A program made the position numbers and the translations under genes. DNA of 32,000 nt from Candidatus Minimicrobia sp. QA0096. Its GTDB lineage: Bacteria; Patescibacteriota; Saccharimonadia; Saccharimonadales; Saccharimonadaceae. Within the stretch, counting starts at the first letter, position 1; every line of letters starts with the position of its first letter. Below, piece by piece: positions 1 through 8,069 of the stretch. The stretch spans positions 510,001-542,000 of the forward strand of contig NZ_OZ017288.1 of NCBI RefSeq assembly GCF_963967315.1, in the 5' to 3' direction. The notes beneath the pieces are model-generated. The model had not been told where the DNA came from and did not search any database. It saw only the letters and a list, made by a program, of their open reading frames with translations.

Positions 1-952
1 CGTAGTTGTAATTTTTATCAAACCCACTGTCGTTCAAAATCGTTGTTACAAACGCGCCACAATCGACACCGCCGCCATAACACGTACCGCCAGTAAATCT
101 GTTCTCACTTTTTGCCTTTTCTATAGCTTTTTCGTAATCAGGTTTTTTATCTGTACGAACCCTTTTTTCTGGCCAGGCATAACGTTTGACATAGTCGATA
201 AAGTCGCCGCCACCGTTTGATGAAGAGCATCCTCCTCCACTTCCGCCTGTACCATTAAATCTTTCATAGATTTTTTGTGCGGCGGCACCGCGTATATTTT
301 TAACGTCATCTTTTGTCATGGCTGATTTTTCAAAATCGTCATGCCAAAAAACAGTGGCGTCATCAACTGTCTTCAGGGTTTTTAATAATTCCCATGAATT
401 TGAAGCGGTACCAAATCCACGAGCAGTAACGGGTCTTTCTGTCCCCTCTTGCACTAAATACTCTAATTCGAAGATCAATAGCTTGTCGTTGTCTTCTACC
501 GGAATAGAATCGACCATACCCTTGTCGTTAGGCGCGCCACCATACTCTTGGCTGTAATATTTTTTTAACTCAGACGGTATTTTATTAGCTATAAGCGTTC
601 GCCTTCCGAACGTCCACTGGGCAAGTCCCCAACCTCCAGACCCCCATCCTTGACCTACTTCGTGTCTGGTAGGACTAAATCCTGACTCTGCCTGAATATT
701 AGCCATCACGCCAGCTGTTTGTTCGGCGCTTAATCCTGCGTTGCGTAGATATCCCCAAATCTTTTCTTGGTTATCAGATCCTGATACTCCATTAGAAGAT
801 GATCCGGAACAAGTTGTTGAATCATTTTCTTTATACCAAAGAATATCGTTTGTTACATATGAATCGGGATATCCTGCCGCCAAAGATACTGGCTGCATAG
901 TAATAGCAAAAGATATAGCAAAGCAAAGAGCGATAGACAACTTTTTATACAT
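1..952 (-). CDS. Secreted peptidoglycan hydrolase, 3' end cut by window edge (lysozyme-like domain followed by NlpC/P60- or CHAP-like cysteine peptidase domain)
   Basis: Absent from the ORF track because no stop codon lies inside the window. Hand translation of the minus strand from ATG at 952-950 gives MYKKLSIALCFAISFAITMQPVSLAAGYPD (Sec signal). It continues LSAEQTAGVMANIQAESGFSPTRHEVGQGWGSGGWGLAQWTFGRR, a motif I associate with phage-tail-type lysozyme domains. After a GGSGGG linker comes GGVDCGAFVTTIL, the G-x-D-C nucleophile context of papain-like amidases. The start overlaps the stop of the upstream ORF by 8 nt. Confidence 0.7.
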   Translation of the reverse strand, partial: MYKKLSIALCFAISFAITMQPVSLAAGYPDSYVTNDILWYKENDSTTCSGSSSNGVSGSDNQEKIWGYLRNAGLSAEQTAGVMANIQAESGFSPTRHEVGQGWGSGGWGLAQWTFGRRTLIANKIPSELKKYYSQEYGGAPNDKGMVDSIPVEDNDKLLIFELEYLVQEGTERPVTARGFGTASNSWELLKTLKTVDDATVFWHDDFEKSAMTKDDVKNIRGAAAQKIYERFNGTGGSGGGCSSSNGGGDFIDYVKRYAWPEKRVRTDKKPDYEKAIEKAKSENRFTGGTCYGGGVDCGAFVTTILNDSGFDKNYNY

Positions 953-1394
953 CAGATCGATTCCTCTTATATTCGTTTATAATATCTGCAGGAACACCAA
1001 TATTTTTTAAGGCGTCTGGGGATTTTCTATCATTAACGCCTGTTATGACTGAATTATTTCTTAGGACTGCATACGTGTTGTAGGTAGATTTGAATTTCTC
1101 GCTATAAATTTCTAGTGCAACCAACTTAAATTCGCCCTGCTCTTTTACTATTGAATACTTTTTTAATTCACGGTTGCCGTAGGTACTAGAGGTAGAATTT
1201 AGTAATTCGGTAATAACTTTCTGTTCTGATGATTGCTCGTGAGTATTATTTTGATTCTCGTTAGTGTTTTGGGATGATGACAGAATAGTTGTGTATTGAT
1301 TGCTGTCAGGGTTTTTAATAATAAGGAAGGTTGCCGTAATACTTACTAAAAATAATACGGATGATATTAGGATAACTTTATTTTCTTTATTCAT
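945..1394 (-). CDS. Small bitopic membrane protein, unknown function (T4SS-locus associated)
   Basis: ORF track 945..1424. The preferred start is MNKENK at 1394, which forms a TAATG 1-nt overlap with the stop of the upstream 990-aa gene. It has a single N-terminal TM helix (VILISSVLFLVSITATFLII) followed by an N/Q/S-rich linker and a roughly 90-aa C-terminal domain. No recognisable motif. Confidence 0.55.
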   Translation of the reverse strand: MNKENKVILISSVLFLVSITATFLIIKNPDSNQYTTILSSSQNTNENQNNTHEQSSEQKVITELLNSTSSTYGNRELKKYSIVKEQGEFKLVALEIYSEKFKSTYNTYAVLRNNSVITGVNDRKSPDALKNIGVPADIINEYKRNRSDV

Positions 1395-4366
1395 TAGACC
1401 TTCCTCGCATACTCCCAGTGCCATTGTTCGGGGTTACTCCCACCCGGCTCAGCCCAAGCGGGATGTACATAACCGTATTTGTGGGCGTTAGCTTTTAGCC
1501 AATTATATGTAGAAGACCCAAACGCGCCAACTTCAATATCTGCAGCAAGTCCCCAGCCGTGGTTTGATACACACGGGGGAGCTGGAGCTGCTCTTGATCC
1601 TAGCTCTTTACTATATCTAATTTGCGTTGCACAATCTCGATACGCTTCATTAATTATTAAGTCTGACCCGTTATCGGCTTTATACGCTTTATTCATTTCT
1701 TCCATGGCCGCTGCAGCTTTCTTATTCATTTTATTGCCTGACGAGAAAGATAGAGTTTGCAATTCTGAATCTGGAATTCCGCCGTTGCTATGACCTCCCC
1801 ATCCGTCTTGTTGCGCCTCTTCTAATTGAGGTTCGCCAACTGCCTCGCCATTGTCTGGAGCTTTAGCCGTGGTTGAAGGAGCGTCTTCTTCGTCATCTTC
1901 GCCATTGATTGATTGGGCAATTTGGAAATCAATTAATAATACTGACATTGCGGAAAGCTTTCTATCGTCGTATTGCTTAGCGGAATTTTCAGCTCCGAAA
2001 GATTGGTCAGTAATATCTTTGCCTTCACTATCTTTATATGTTGGTGCGGTAGATGATGTTGTTTGTGTTGAATCTGATGGCGCTGTACACCCGCCATTAC
2101 TAAACCAGTAGCTTCCGGTGCTGGCATCTCCACAGCCTTCTACAAAGTCATGAAGAGGAGTATCTTTAACTATGTATCCATTATTCATGAGATCGGATAT
2201 ATCTGCGCCATCTGGAATGTCCATATCTTTCTGTATCCATCCTTCATTTTCGGCAATTTGAATAGCCTCCTCTACTGACATGTTTGCCTGGCTATTGGTT
2301 ATGCCAGTACACGGTAATCCTGCCATATTCACGGCTGGATCTTCGGATGATCCACTTCCCATATAAAAGTCTTTTGCGTATCCACAATATTTATCAGAAT
2401 ACATACCGCTTGCTGCTTTTGCAGTAGATGAATAAGATAGTGCCATAGAAGGTAGCCTGAGAATGTTAGACAGCATTGCTACTGGAGTTTTACTATAAGT
2501 TCCATTAGCTATCATCATATTGCCCATATTATGGAATATACTACCTAAGAATGTATATCTACTGGACGTATCGAATGGACTTAATGAGGCTATATCCATT
2601 TCTTTTTGGAATTCTTCGTTTGCTATTTGGATTCCGTTGAATTCTGCTAATTGACTCATCTTAAGCCCGGGGAGCATTTGTCCCATAGATCCTGCCGAAA
2701 AGAACGCCGCCGCACCAACGCCGAGTGCATCTCCCAGGTCTTTATATTGAGCCTTGTCTGGCGTAAGGAGGCTTTTTGCTAATTCTGTGAGGATATTTTT
2801 TACTTGCTCGCCAACTGCATATTCGAGTACTTTTTTAATCACTTCAGATAGCGCTGCCTTACCTACCCAACTAACTATCGCACTTATACCGCCAGTAGAG
2901 GCTGAGACTGCTGCCTCTACTGCCATAGAGGCATACATGGCTACTGGACTTAATATATAATCGCATACACCTTCAGTGGCTTCTTTAGCTTCATTAAAGC
3001 CTTGGATTATAGGATTCGTAGCTACTGAATATCCAGGAATGTAGTTTTTTGCAATTCCAGGCTTGTCGTTATTTACGCCCATTGCTGCTAGTAAATACGG
3101 AGAATCTAATGCCGATCCTTCGGCGTTATCGGACCCTTTCATCTTTCCTCTTTCGGTTAGCATAGTGCCGATGGTTTCCATCGTTTCTTGAGAGAATCCA
3201 CCACCACTAGAGTCGAGTCCAGAAGCCTTAGCTTGTGATCCAGGGGATAGGATAACATCCATAACTATGCCTAATAGTGGAGCTAACTGAATTGCTGCTA
3301 CACCTGACGCAATAAGATTTGGGATTTTTACTACAGCACAAGCCCCTGCACTAATAGCATAAGCTAGGCCACCTTTTTTCAGCTTACCACCCAACTTATC
3401 AACACCTTTGCTAATATTTTTACTAGCACTACCAGCTTCAAACTTTGGTAATTTTTCTTTAAATTTCTCTCTTTTTTCTTTTATTCCAAGTTTTTTATCA
3501 ATTTTTGAAATGGCACTATTTCTTTTAAGGTTGAATTTACCGTAAAGCCTACTTATGTGTTTTCCTGTCCAGGCGCGGAAACGCATTTTCATTAGACCGG
3601 TTCTGCCATAGACTTTACTGGCAATTTTACGATTCTCTTTTTTGAGCAATTCGTCTTTTAATTTCGACGACTCAATAGGTTTCCCATCGTTTAATCCTTC
3701 CACCTTCCAGTGAGTTGGATTTTTTTCTGGGTATCCTCTTCCTTTTATGTCCATTTCTTTGCCATCAGCATCAACTGGAATTAATCCGGATTTCTTGAAT
3801 CTCTTAAGAGCTTTGTTGGATAATCTTCCTGTTTTGCATTTAATTTTCTTATTATTGCAAATTCCTGCATCATCACCAGATTCAAAAATTCTGTTTATTA
3901 TTTTTTTCATTCTGGTTTCTTTAACAACTGAAGCGGAGTCGTTTTTCCAGGTGAAATTCTCCATAATATTTTGTAACATTGTCGCTGGACTAAGAAATAT
4001 TCCCAGAATTCCACCGCCCAGTCCCAGTATTCCAGCAATAACTGCAATTGGTCCGCGTTTTTTCAGTAAAGATTTGAACGTTACTGGACTTTTCTTTTTT
4101 CCCGCAGACGGCTGATAAAAACCGTTGCCTGGAACAGAAGATTCTTGGTCATTAACAGCAGTGCTGGCGGAATCATTTTGATTAGGATTCAAATCCGAAT
4201 CTTTATTATCAAACTGAGATTCAAGGTCATTTATGGCATCTTTTTCGCGATCACTTAACTCTGACCCACTGTCAGAACCAGCCGAGATTTGATCAAACTT
4301 AGCCTGCTCAGCAGGATTTAACCTGCTGTCAGTTTCGGAATCCGTCGTGTAATCAACTCGTGCCAT
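1394..4366 (-). CDS. Large membrane protein with C-terminal peptidase M15 (VanY / D,D-carboxypeptidase-like) cell-wall hydrolase domain
   Basis: 990-aa ORF with an acidic disordered N-terminus and a TM helix (GPIAVIAGILGLGGGILGIFL). The central region carries several hydrophobic segments. The C-terminus reads INEAYRDCATQ...SNHGWGLAADIEV...EQWHWEY, matching the S-x-H-x-x-G-x-A-x-D and E-x-W-H zinc-binding signature of M15B/VanY peptidases. Confidence 0.8.
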   Translation of the reverse strand: MARVDYTTDSETDSRLNPAEQAKFDQISAGSDSGSELSDREKDAINDLESQFDNKDSDLNPNQNDSASTAVNDQESSVPGNGFYQPSAGKKKSPVTFKSLLKKRGPIAVIAGILGLGGGILGIFLSPATMLQNIMENFTWKNDSASVVKETRMKKIINRIFESGDDAGICNNKKIKCKTGRLSNKALKRFKKSGLIPVDADGKEMDIKGRGYPEKNPTHWKVEGLNDGKPIESSKLKDELLKKENRKIASKVYGRTGLMKMRFRAWTGKHISRLYGKFNLKRNSAISKIDKKLGIKEKREKFKEKLPKFEAGSASKNISKGVDKLGGKLKKGGLAYAISAGACAVVKIPNLIASGVAAIQLAPLLGIVMDVILSPGSQAKASGLDSSGGGFSQETMETIGTMLTERGKMKGSDNAEGSALDSPYLLAAMGVNNDKPGIAKNYIPGYSVATNPIIQGFNEAKEATEGVCDYILSPVAMYASMAVEAAVSASTGGISAIVSWVGKAALSEVIKKVLEYAVGEQVKNILTELAKSLLTPDKAQYKDLGDALGVGAAAFFSAGSMGQMLPGLKMSQLAEFNGIQIANEEFQKEMDIASLSPFDTSSRYTFLGSIFHNMGNMMIANGTYSKTPVAMLSNILRLPSMALSYSSTAKAASGMYSDKYCGYAKDFYMGSGSSEDPAVNMAGLPCTGITNSQANMSVEEAIQIAENEGWIQKDMDIPDGADISDLMNNGYIVKDTPLHDFVEGCGDASTGSYWFSNGGCTAPSDSTQTTSSTAPTYKDSEGKDITDQSFGAENSAKQYDDRKLSAMSVLLIDFQIAQSINGEDDEEDAPSTTAKAPDNGEAVGEPQLEEAQQDGWGGHSNGGIPDSELQTLSFSSGNKMNKKAAAAMEEMNKAYKADNGSDLIINEAYRDCATQIRYSKELGSRAAPAPPCVSNHGWGLAADIEVGAFGSSTYNWLKANAHKYGYVHPAWAEPGGSNPEQWHWEYARKV

Positions 4367-4383
4367 ATTTTCTCGCTATTTTT

Positions 4384-6243
4384 CTACACCGCTCCGTAGC
4401 CGCCGATCGGCGAATCTGACGGTTTTATTTGTTGCGATACAGGATTTGTATTGATCAAATTATATTCGGTATCACTAGCCTGAATTTGGATGTGAACGTG
4501 ATTTTGTCCAGCAAAGAATAATCCTTGCCCAACTGGGAAATTGGCTAGTCGTTTCTGCTCTTCATCTGTCAATTTAAACACTTGCGCCAAAACGTCAACG
4601 GCGCTGGCAGACTGTTTCAAAAGTAGCTGCATTGAGGAGTTGGAAACGATTGCTCGCCCCATTTTACTTCCGACGAAATCTTCCACGTCCTGCGTGATAG
4701 TCGTTAAGCCTAATTGATATTTGCGGGCGCGCTTGGCTAACGAGAATAAGAAATTGGCAGAATCGTCATATTTCATCAATTGCCAAGCCTCGTCAACAAT
4801 CAGCATACGTTTCCTCTGGTCGGTACGCGTAATATTCCAGATATGGTTAAGAACAATATACATCGCCGTTGGTCGCAGTTCATCTTCCAAGTCGCGAATG
4901 TTAAAGACAACCATATTATTATTAATATCAATATTACTCTGTTGTGAAAATATTCCAGCAAACGTTCCAGAGGTAAATTTGCGAAGTCGCTGAGCCAGAC
5001 TTGGGCCAGTTCCGCCCATATGAAGCAAAGTGTCGTATAGGTCGGAAATTGTCGGTGGCGTAGAATTGTGCGTCAATGGATCCGAAGTAATACCGACGCG
5101 CGCGTAGGTGTCAATCAATGCTTGATCAATATCAGCTTCTTCTGCTGGTGATAATCCTGCCATGACTTGCCCGCCGGCTCCTACTCCTGCGCCGCCCAGC
5201 ATTTGTCTGAGTAGTCCGTGTAGTGTAACTAAGTTAGCTCGCAGTGCGTCATCTGCTTCATCAGTGTCAATAACACGCGGCAAATCAAACGGATTGATTC
5301 TCGTGTCGCTACTTAAACTCAATCGAATATAACTGCCACCAACCGCGTCGCATAGTTTTTGGTACTCGTTTTCTGGGTCGATAATTACAATATCAGCCCC
5401 GACCATCATACTTCTTAAAGCTTCCAGCTTAACGGTAAATGATTTACCAGCACCAGACTTAGCGAACACGACCATATTGGCGTTTTCCAGAGAGAATCTG
5501 TCAAAAATCACCAAGCCATTATTATGCATATTAATTCCGTAAAGCACGCCCTTATTATCTGTTAAATCGGCTGAAGTGAATGGAAAGCTGGTTGAAATTG
5601 CGCCAGTGTTCATGTTGCGGCGAATCTGTAGTTCATCAGTCAATTGTGGAATAGAGCTATTCAATCCCTGCTCCTGCTGGCTGGAAGCTACTTTTGAGAA
5701 CACCAATTGTTGACCAAAAATAGTTTCAATTTTATGCTGGATGAAGTTTAGCTCGTCCAAGCTGTCGGCGTAAAGCGTAATATATAAGCCGTAGCGGAAG
5801 AACTTTTCGGCGCCAATCTGCAATTGATCGCGCAATTCTTCGGCGTCTTGCAAAGCCGCTTCCAAGCCTGGATCGCGCACCTTTCCTTTTTCCATGTTGA
5901 TATTCATGGTTGCTTCCAACTGAGTAACTTTTTTACGCAGGTTATTCAGGACAATTTGCGTATCGACTGGATAAATAAACATACTAATATCCAGCACTTC
6001 ATCGATGTTAATGATTGAGCTAAGCCAGCCGGTGTAGATTTGGCGAGGATAGCCATAAACATACATTGTGCGACCGTATTTTGAGCCAAGTCGGAAATGG
6101 TCAGAATGAAGCTCAATACTACTTGGCGCGATAAAATCACGCAAAGTTCGAACACCAGTTAAGAAGGCTTGTTCGACTTCGGCTTGCTCCCTTGCTCGTT
6201 GTTGAGCAGCAATATCAACGGCGTCTAATTTCTTCTTCGCCAT
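4384..6243 (-). CDS. virB4: VirB4/TrbE/PrgJ-type T4SS ATPase
   Basis: 619 aa. Walker A is VVFAKSGAGKSFTV and Walker B is RMLIVDEAWQLM. The N-terminal region (IAPSSIELHSDHFRLGSKYGRTMYVYGYPRQIYTGWLSSI) has the pattern seen in Gram-positive VirB4 homologues. Its ATG forms a TAATG overlap with the upstream gene stop at 6243. Confidence 0.9.
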   Translation of the reverse strand: MAKKKLDAVDIAAQQRAREQAEVEQAFLTGVRTLRDFIAPSSIELHSDHFRLGSKYGRTMYVYGYPRQIYTGWLSSIINIDEVLDISMFIYPVDTQIVLNNLRKKVTQLEATMNINMEKGKVRDPGLEAALQDAEELRDQLQIGAEKFFRYGLYITLYADSLDELNFIQHKIETIFGQQLVFSKVASSQQEQGLNSSIPQLTDELQIRRNMNTGAISTSFPFTSADLTDNKGVLYGINMHNNGLVIFDRFSLENANMVVFAKSGAGKSFTVKLEALRSMMVGADIVIIDPENEYQKLCDAVGGSYIRLSLSSDTRINPFDLPRVIDTDEADDALRANLVTLHGLLRQMLGGAGVGAGGQVMAGLSPAEEADIDQALIDTYARVGITSDPLTHNSTPPTISDLYDTLLHMGGTGPSLAQRLRKFTSGTFAGIFSQQSNIDINNNMVVFNIRDLEDELRPTAMYIVLNHIWNITRTDQRKRMLIVDEAWQLMKYDDSANFLFSLAKRARKYQLGLTTITQDVEDFVGSKMGRAIVSNSSMQLLLKQSASAVDVLAQVFKLTDEEQKRLANFPVGQGLFFAGQNHVHIQIQASDTEYNLINTNPVSQQIKPSDSPIGGYGAV

Positions 6244-7127
6244 TATGACCTTCCTCCTCTCGGTGATGGACCAGTTCCCTTAGTTACGTAAGTGGTCGTA
6301 AGCTCGCTTGGATCAATGTCCTCTAACGATTCACGTGACGACGTGTCGGGATTATATGAAGTGTAGAACAGCTCACCCAGTTGTCGGGTGTTCAATTGCC
6401 AGCTTTTTACGCCCATTTGGAATAGACCATTCATAACCGAATCAATGCGGTTTTTAATTTCATCTTTTGCTTTGGTATAGGTAACTTGGTCAATTTTTGT
6501 TACGGTTGCCTCTTTTTTTCCGCTGAAGAAGCTATTGAATAATCCCTTAGTCTGTTGTTTGAAGGCATTTTCCTCGCCAGCTGGATAATATGGAACGACA
6601 ACATAAAAACTCTTATCCATAATGTTTGCCTCTTGTGCCAGAATATCAATAAAATCCATATAATCATCCATTAGGACATTGAGGAGCATATTGTCTTGAT
6701 TGCGGCGAATTTCAGCCAATCTGTCCAGATATGGGCCAATGTCTACGCGGCGTGAACGGATAAGAACTTGAATTGGGAAATATAGAGAGTTAATAAAGTT
6801 TTGATAACTGAACTCAATTCCCTCTCTTTCGCGTGAACTCATAAGGTCGAAGTTGATCGATTCGCATTCCACTACTGCCCGAAAACTGCCATCGCTCATG
6901 ATGATCATATTTTCGCGCATTTCAGAGAAAAGCAGCGTATTCTGGGTGCTAATTGGTCCTTTTTGCTTCTTGTCGTCAGGGGTTTTATCTGGAGATGGCG
7001 CGGTTGGACTTGGTCCCGAACCAATTGCTGCTGATGGCTGCTGAGAGACACCAGGAAGAGCCGCATTGGTTTGCGGAACCTGCTGATAAGATTGTTGATT
7101 TTGTAACTCTGGTTGCATAAACCCCAC
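6243..7127 (-). CDS. Soluble T4SS-locus protein of unknown function (possible VirB4 N-terminal-domain-like paralog)
   Basis: 294-aa ORF whose track start is GTG at 7127. The ATG at about 7118 (MQPELQ) is preceded by AGGTGGGG and is probably the real start. The N-terminus is Q/P-rich and no TM helix is present. The core MIIMSDGSFRAVVECESINFDLMSSREREGIEFSYQNFINSLYFPIQVLIRSRRVD resembles the non-ATPase N-terminal domain pattern of VirB4-family proteins. That similarity was judged by eye only. Confidence 0.55.
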   Translation of the reverse strand: MGFMQPELQNQQSYQQVPQTNAALPGVSQQPSAAIGSGPSPTAPSPDKTPDDKKQKGPISTQNTLLFSEMRENMIIMSDGSFRAVVECESINFDLMSSREREGIEFSYQNFINSLYFPIQVLIRSRRVDIGPYLDRLAEIRRNQDNMLLNVLMDDYMDFIDILAQEANIMDKSFYVVVPYYPAGEENAFKQQTKGLFNSFFSGKKEATVTKIDQVTYTKAKDEIKNRIDSVMNGLFQMGVKSWQLNTRQLGELFYTSYNPDTSSRESLEDIDPSELTTTYVTKGTGPSPRGGRS

Positions 7128-8039
7128 CTAACGTAGTGAAATCACCACTTCCTCATCTGATAATTTATTTTCTTGCTGAATTCGATTTGCCTCACGCGCA
7201 ATCGTTTCAATCGAGAGGTCGCGGTTATTTGCCAGTTCTATTATAGCAGGTGGCACCTCGTTTACGCTAGTTTGCGGCGTGGTTGTCGGCTGAGTTTGAG
7301 CTGGAGTGTTCGTGACAGGTAGTCCGGACACTGGATTTAATACGGATTGACGCATTGTTGGGTACGGATTCATTTGTAGTGGTGCGGCTGGAGTAGGATT
7401 ATCTGGTTGAGATGGTTGAGGTGTTTGCGTAGGAGGCGGTGTAGCAGATTGCCCTGTTTGCATCTTTTGGATAACTTCTTGTCGTCTACGAACATCTGAC
7501 TGATTTATTAAGTGATTGATATTTTGCGCCGTAGCACTATTTTCATCCAATATGTCGTTAGCCGCTTGCCCTTCGTTGAATAAGTCGGCACGCATCGAGC
7601 TATTCGGATTATTGACGCCACGAATTGACCAACCTTGACTATCTACCAAATTCGCCAAATATGACAATCTTCGCTGAACTTCGGCTTGATCGTAATTATT
7701 TCCGTAAGTCTTCTCCTCGACTTTTGGCGCGATAACTTCGACTAATCTTTCAATTCCATCAGGCTGCCATAGACGTTTTTTTGGTTTTAACATAAAAGAA
7801 ATGACTGCTGCCAAATAAACTTCCATTGGCTGATCTTTTTTAAGCGGTAAAGCCAGCGCTCCAAAGAATAAAATTATCGGCACAGGAATTATTGCCAAAG
7901 GTAGTAAAATTGTACTCAAACCGTACGCGATAGCGATTCCGATAACAGCTATAATTAAGAACACAAACTGTCGGAAACTAAACGGCCCGAGCAGTTTGTC
8001 CTCCGCCTCGACATCTTGAGGGACTTTATACACCGACAT
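7128..8039 (-). CDS. PrgI/TcpE/VirB3-like membrane protein with long C-terminal extension
   Basis: The N-terminus reads MSVYKVPQDVEAEDKLLGPFSFRQFVFLIIAVIGIAIAYGL. A second TM helix and KKDQPMEVYLAAVISFMLKPKKRLW follow. This is the pattern of PrgI-family (VirB3-like) proteins encoded just upstream of VirB4 in monoderm T4SS. An extra 200 aa or so includes a P/T/Q-rich tract. Confidence 0.65.
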   Translation of the reverse strand: MSVYKVPQDVEAEDKLLGPFSFRQFVFLIIAVIGIAIAYGLSTILLPLAIIPVPIILFFGALALPLKKDQPMEVYLAAVISFMLKPKKRLWQPDGIERLVEVIAPKVEEKTYGNNYDQAEVQRRLSYLANLVDSQGWSIRGVNNPNSSMRADLFNEGQAANDILDENSATAQNINHLINQSDVRRRQEVIQKMQTGQSATPPPTQTPQPSQPDNPTPAAPLQMNPYPTMRQSVLNPVSGLPVTNTPAQTQPTTTPQTSVNEVPPAIIELANNRDLSIETIAREANRIQQENKLSDEEVVISLR

Positions 8040-8069
8040 ACTGCTTATATTATATCAAAAATATGATGA

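Noticed and set aside
7080-7141. Apparent 1-nt insertion/deletion pair when hand-indexing the printed sequence. An extra C appears near 7080/7081 and an A is missing near 7140. A similar A-run/T-run discrepancy occurs around 14937-15061. Either pair would imply frameshifts or fused ORFs.
   Set aside because: The supplied ORF track gives uninterrupted, sensible proteins in these regions, and all discrepancies fall at printed line breaks in homopolymer runs. I treat them as my own reading errors, not as biology. Coordinates there follow the ORF-track frame.
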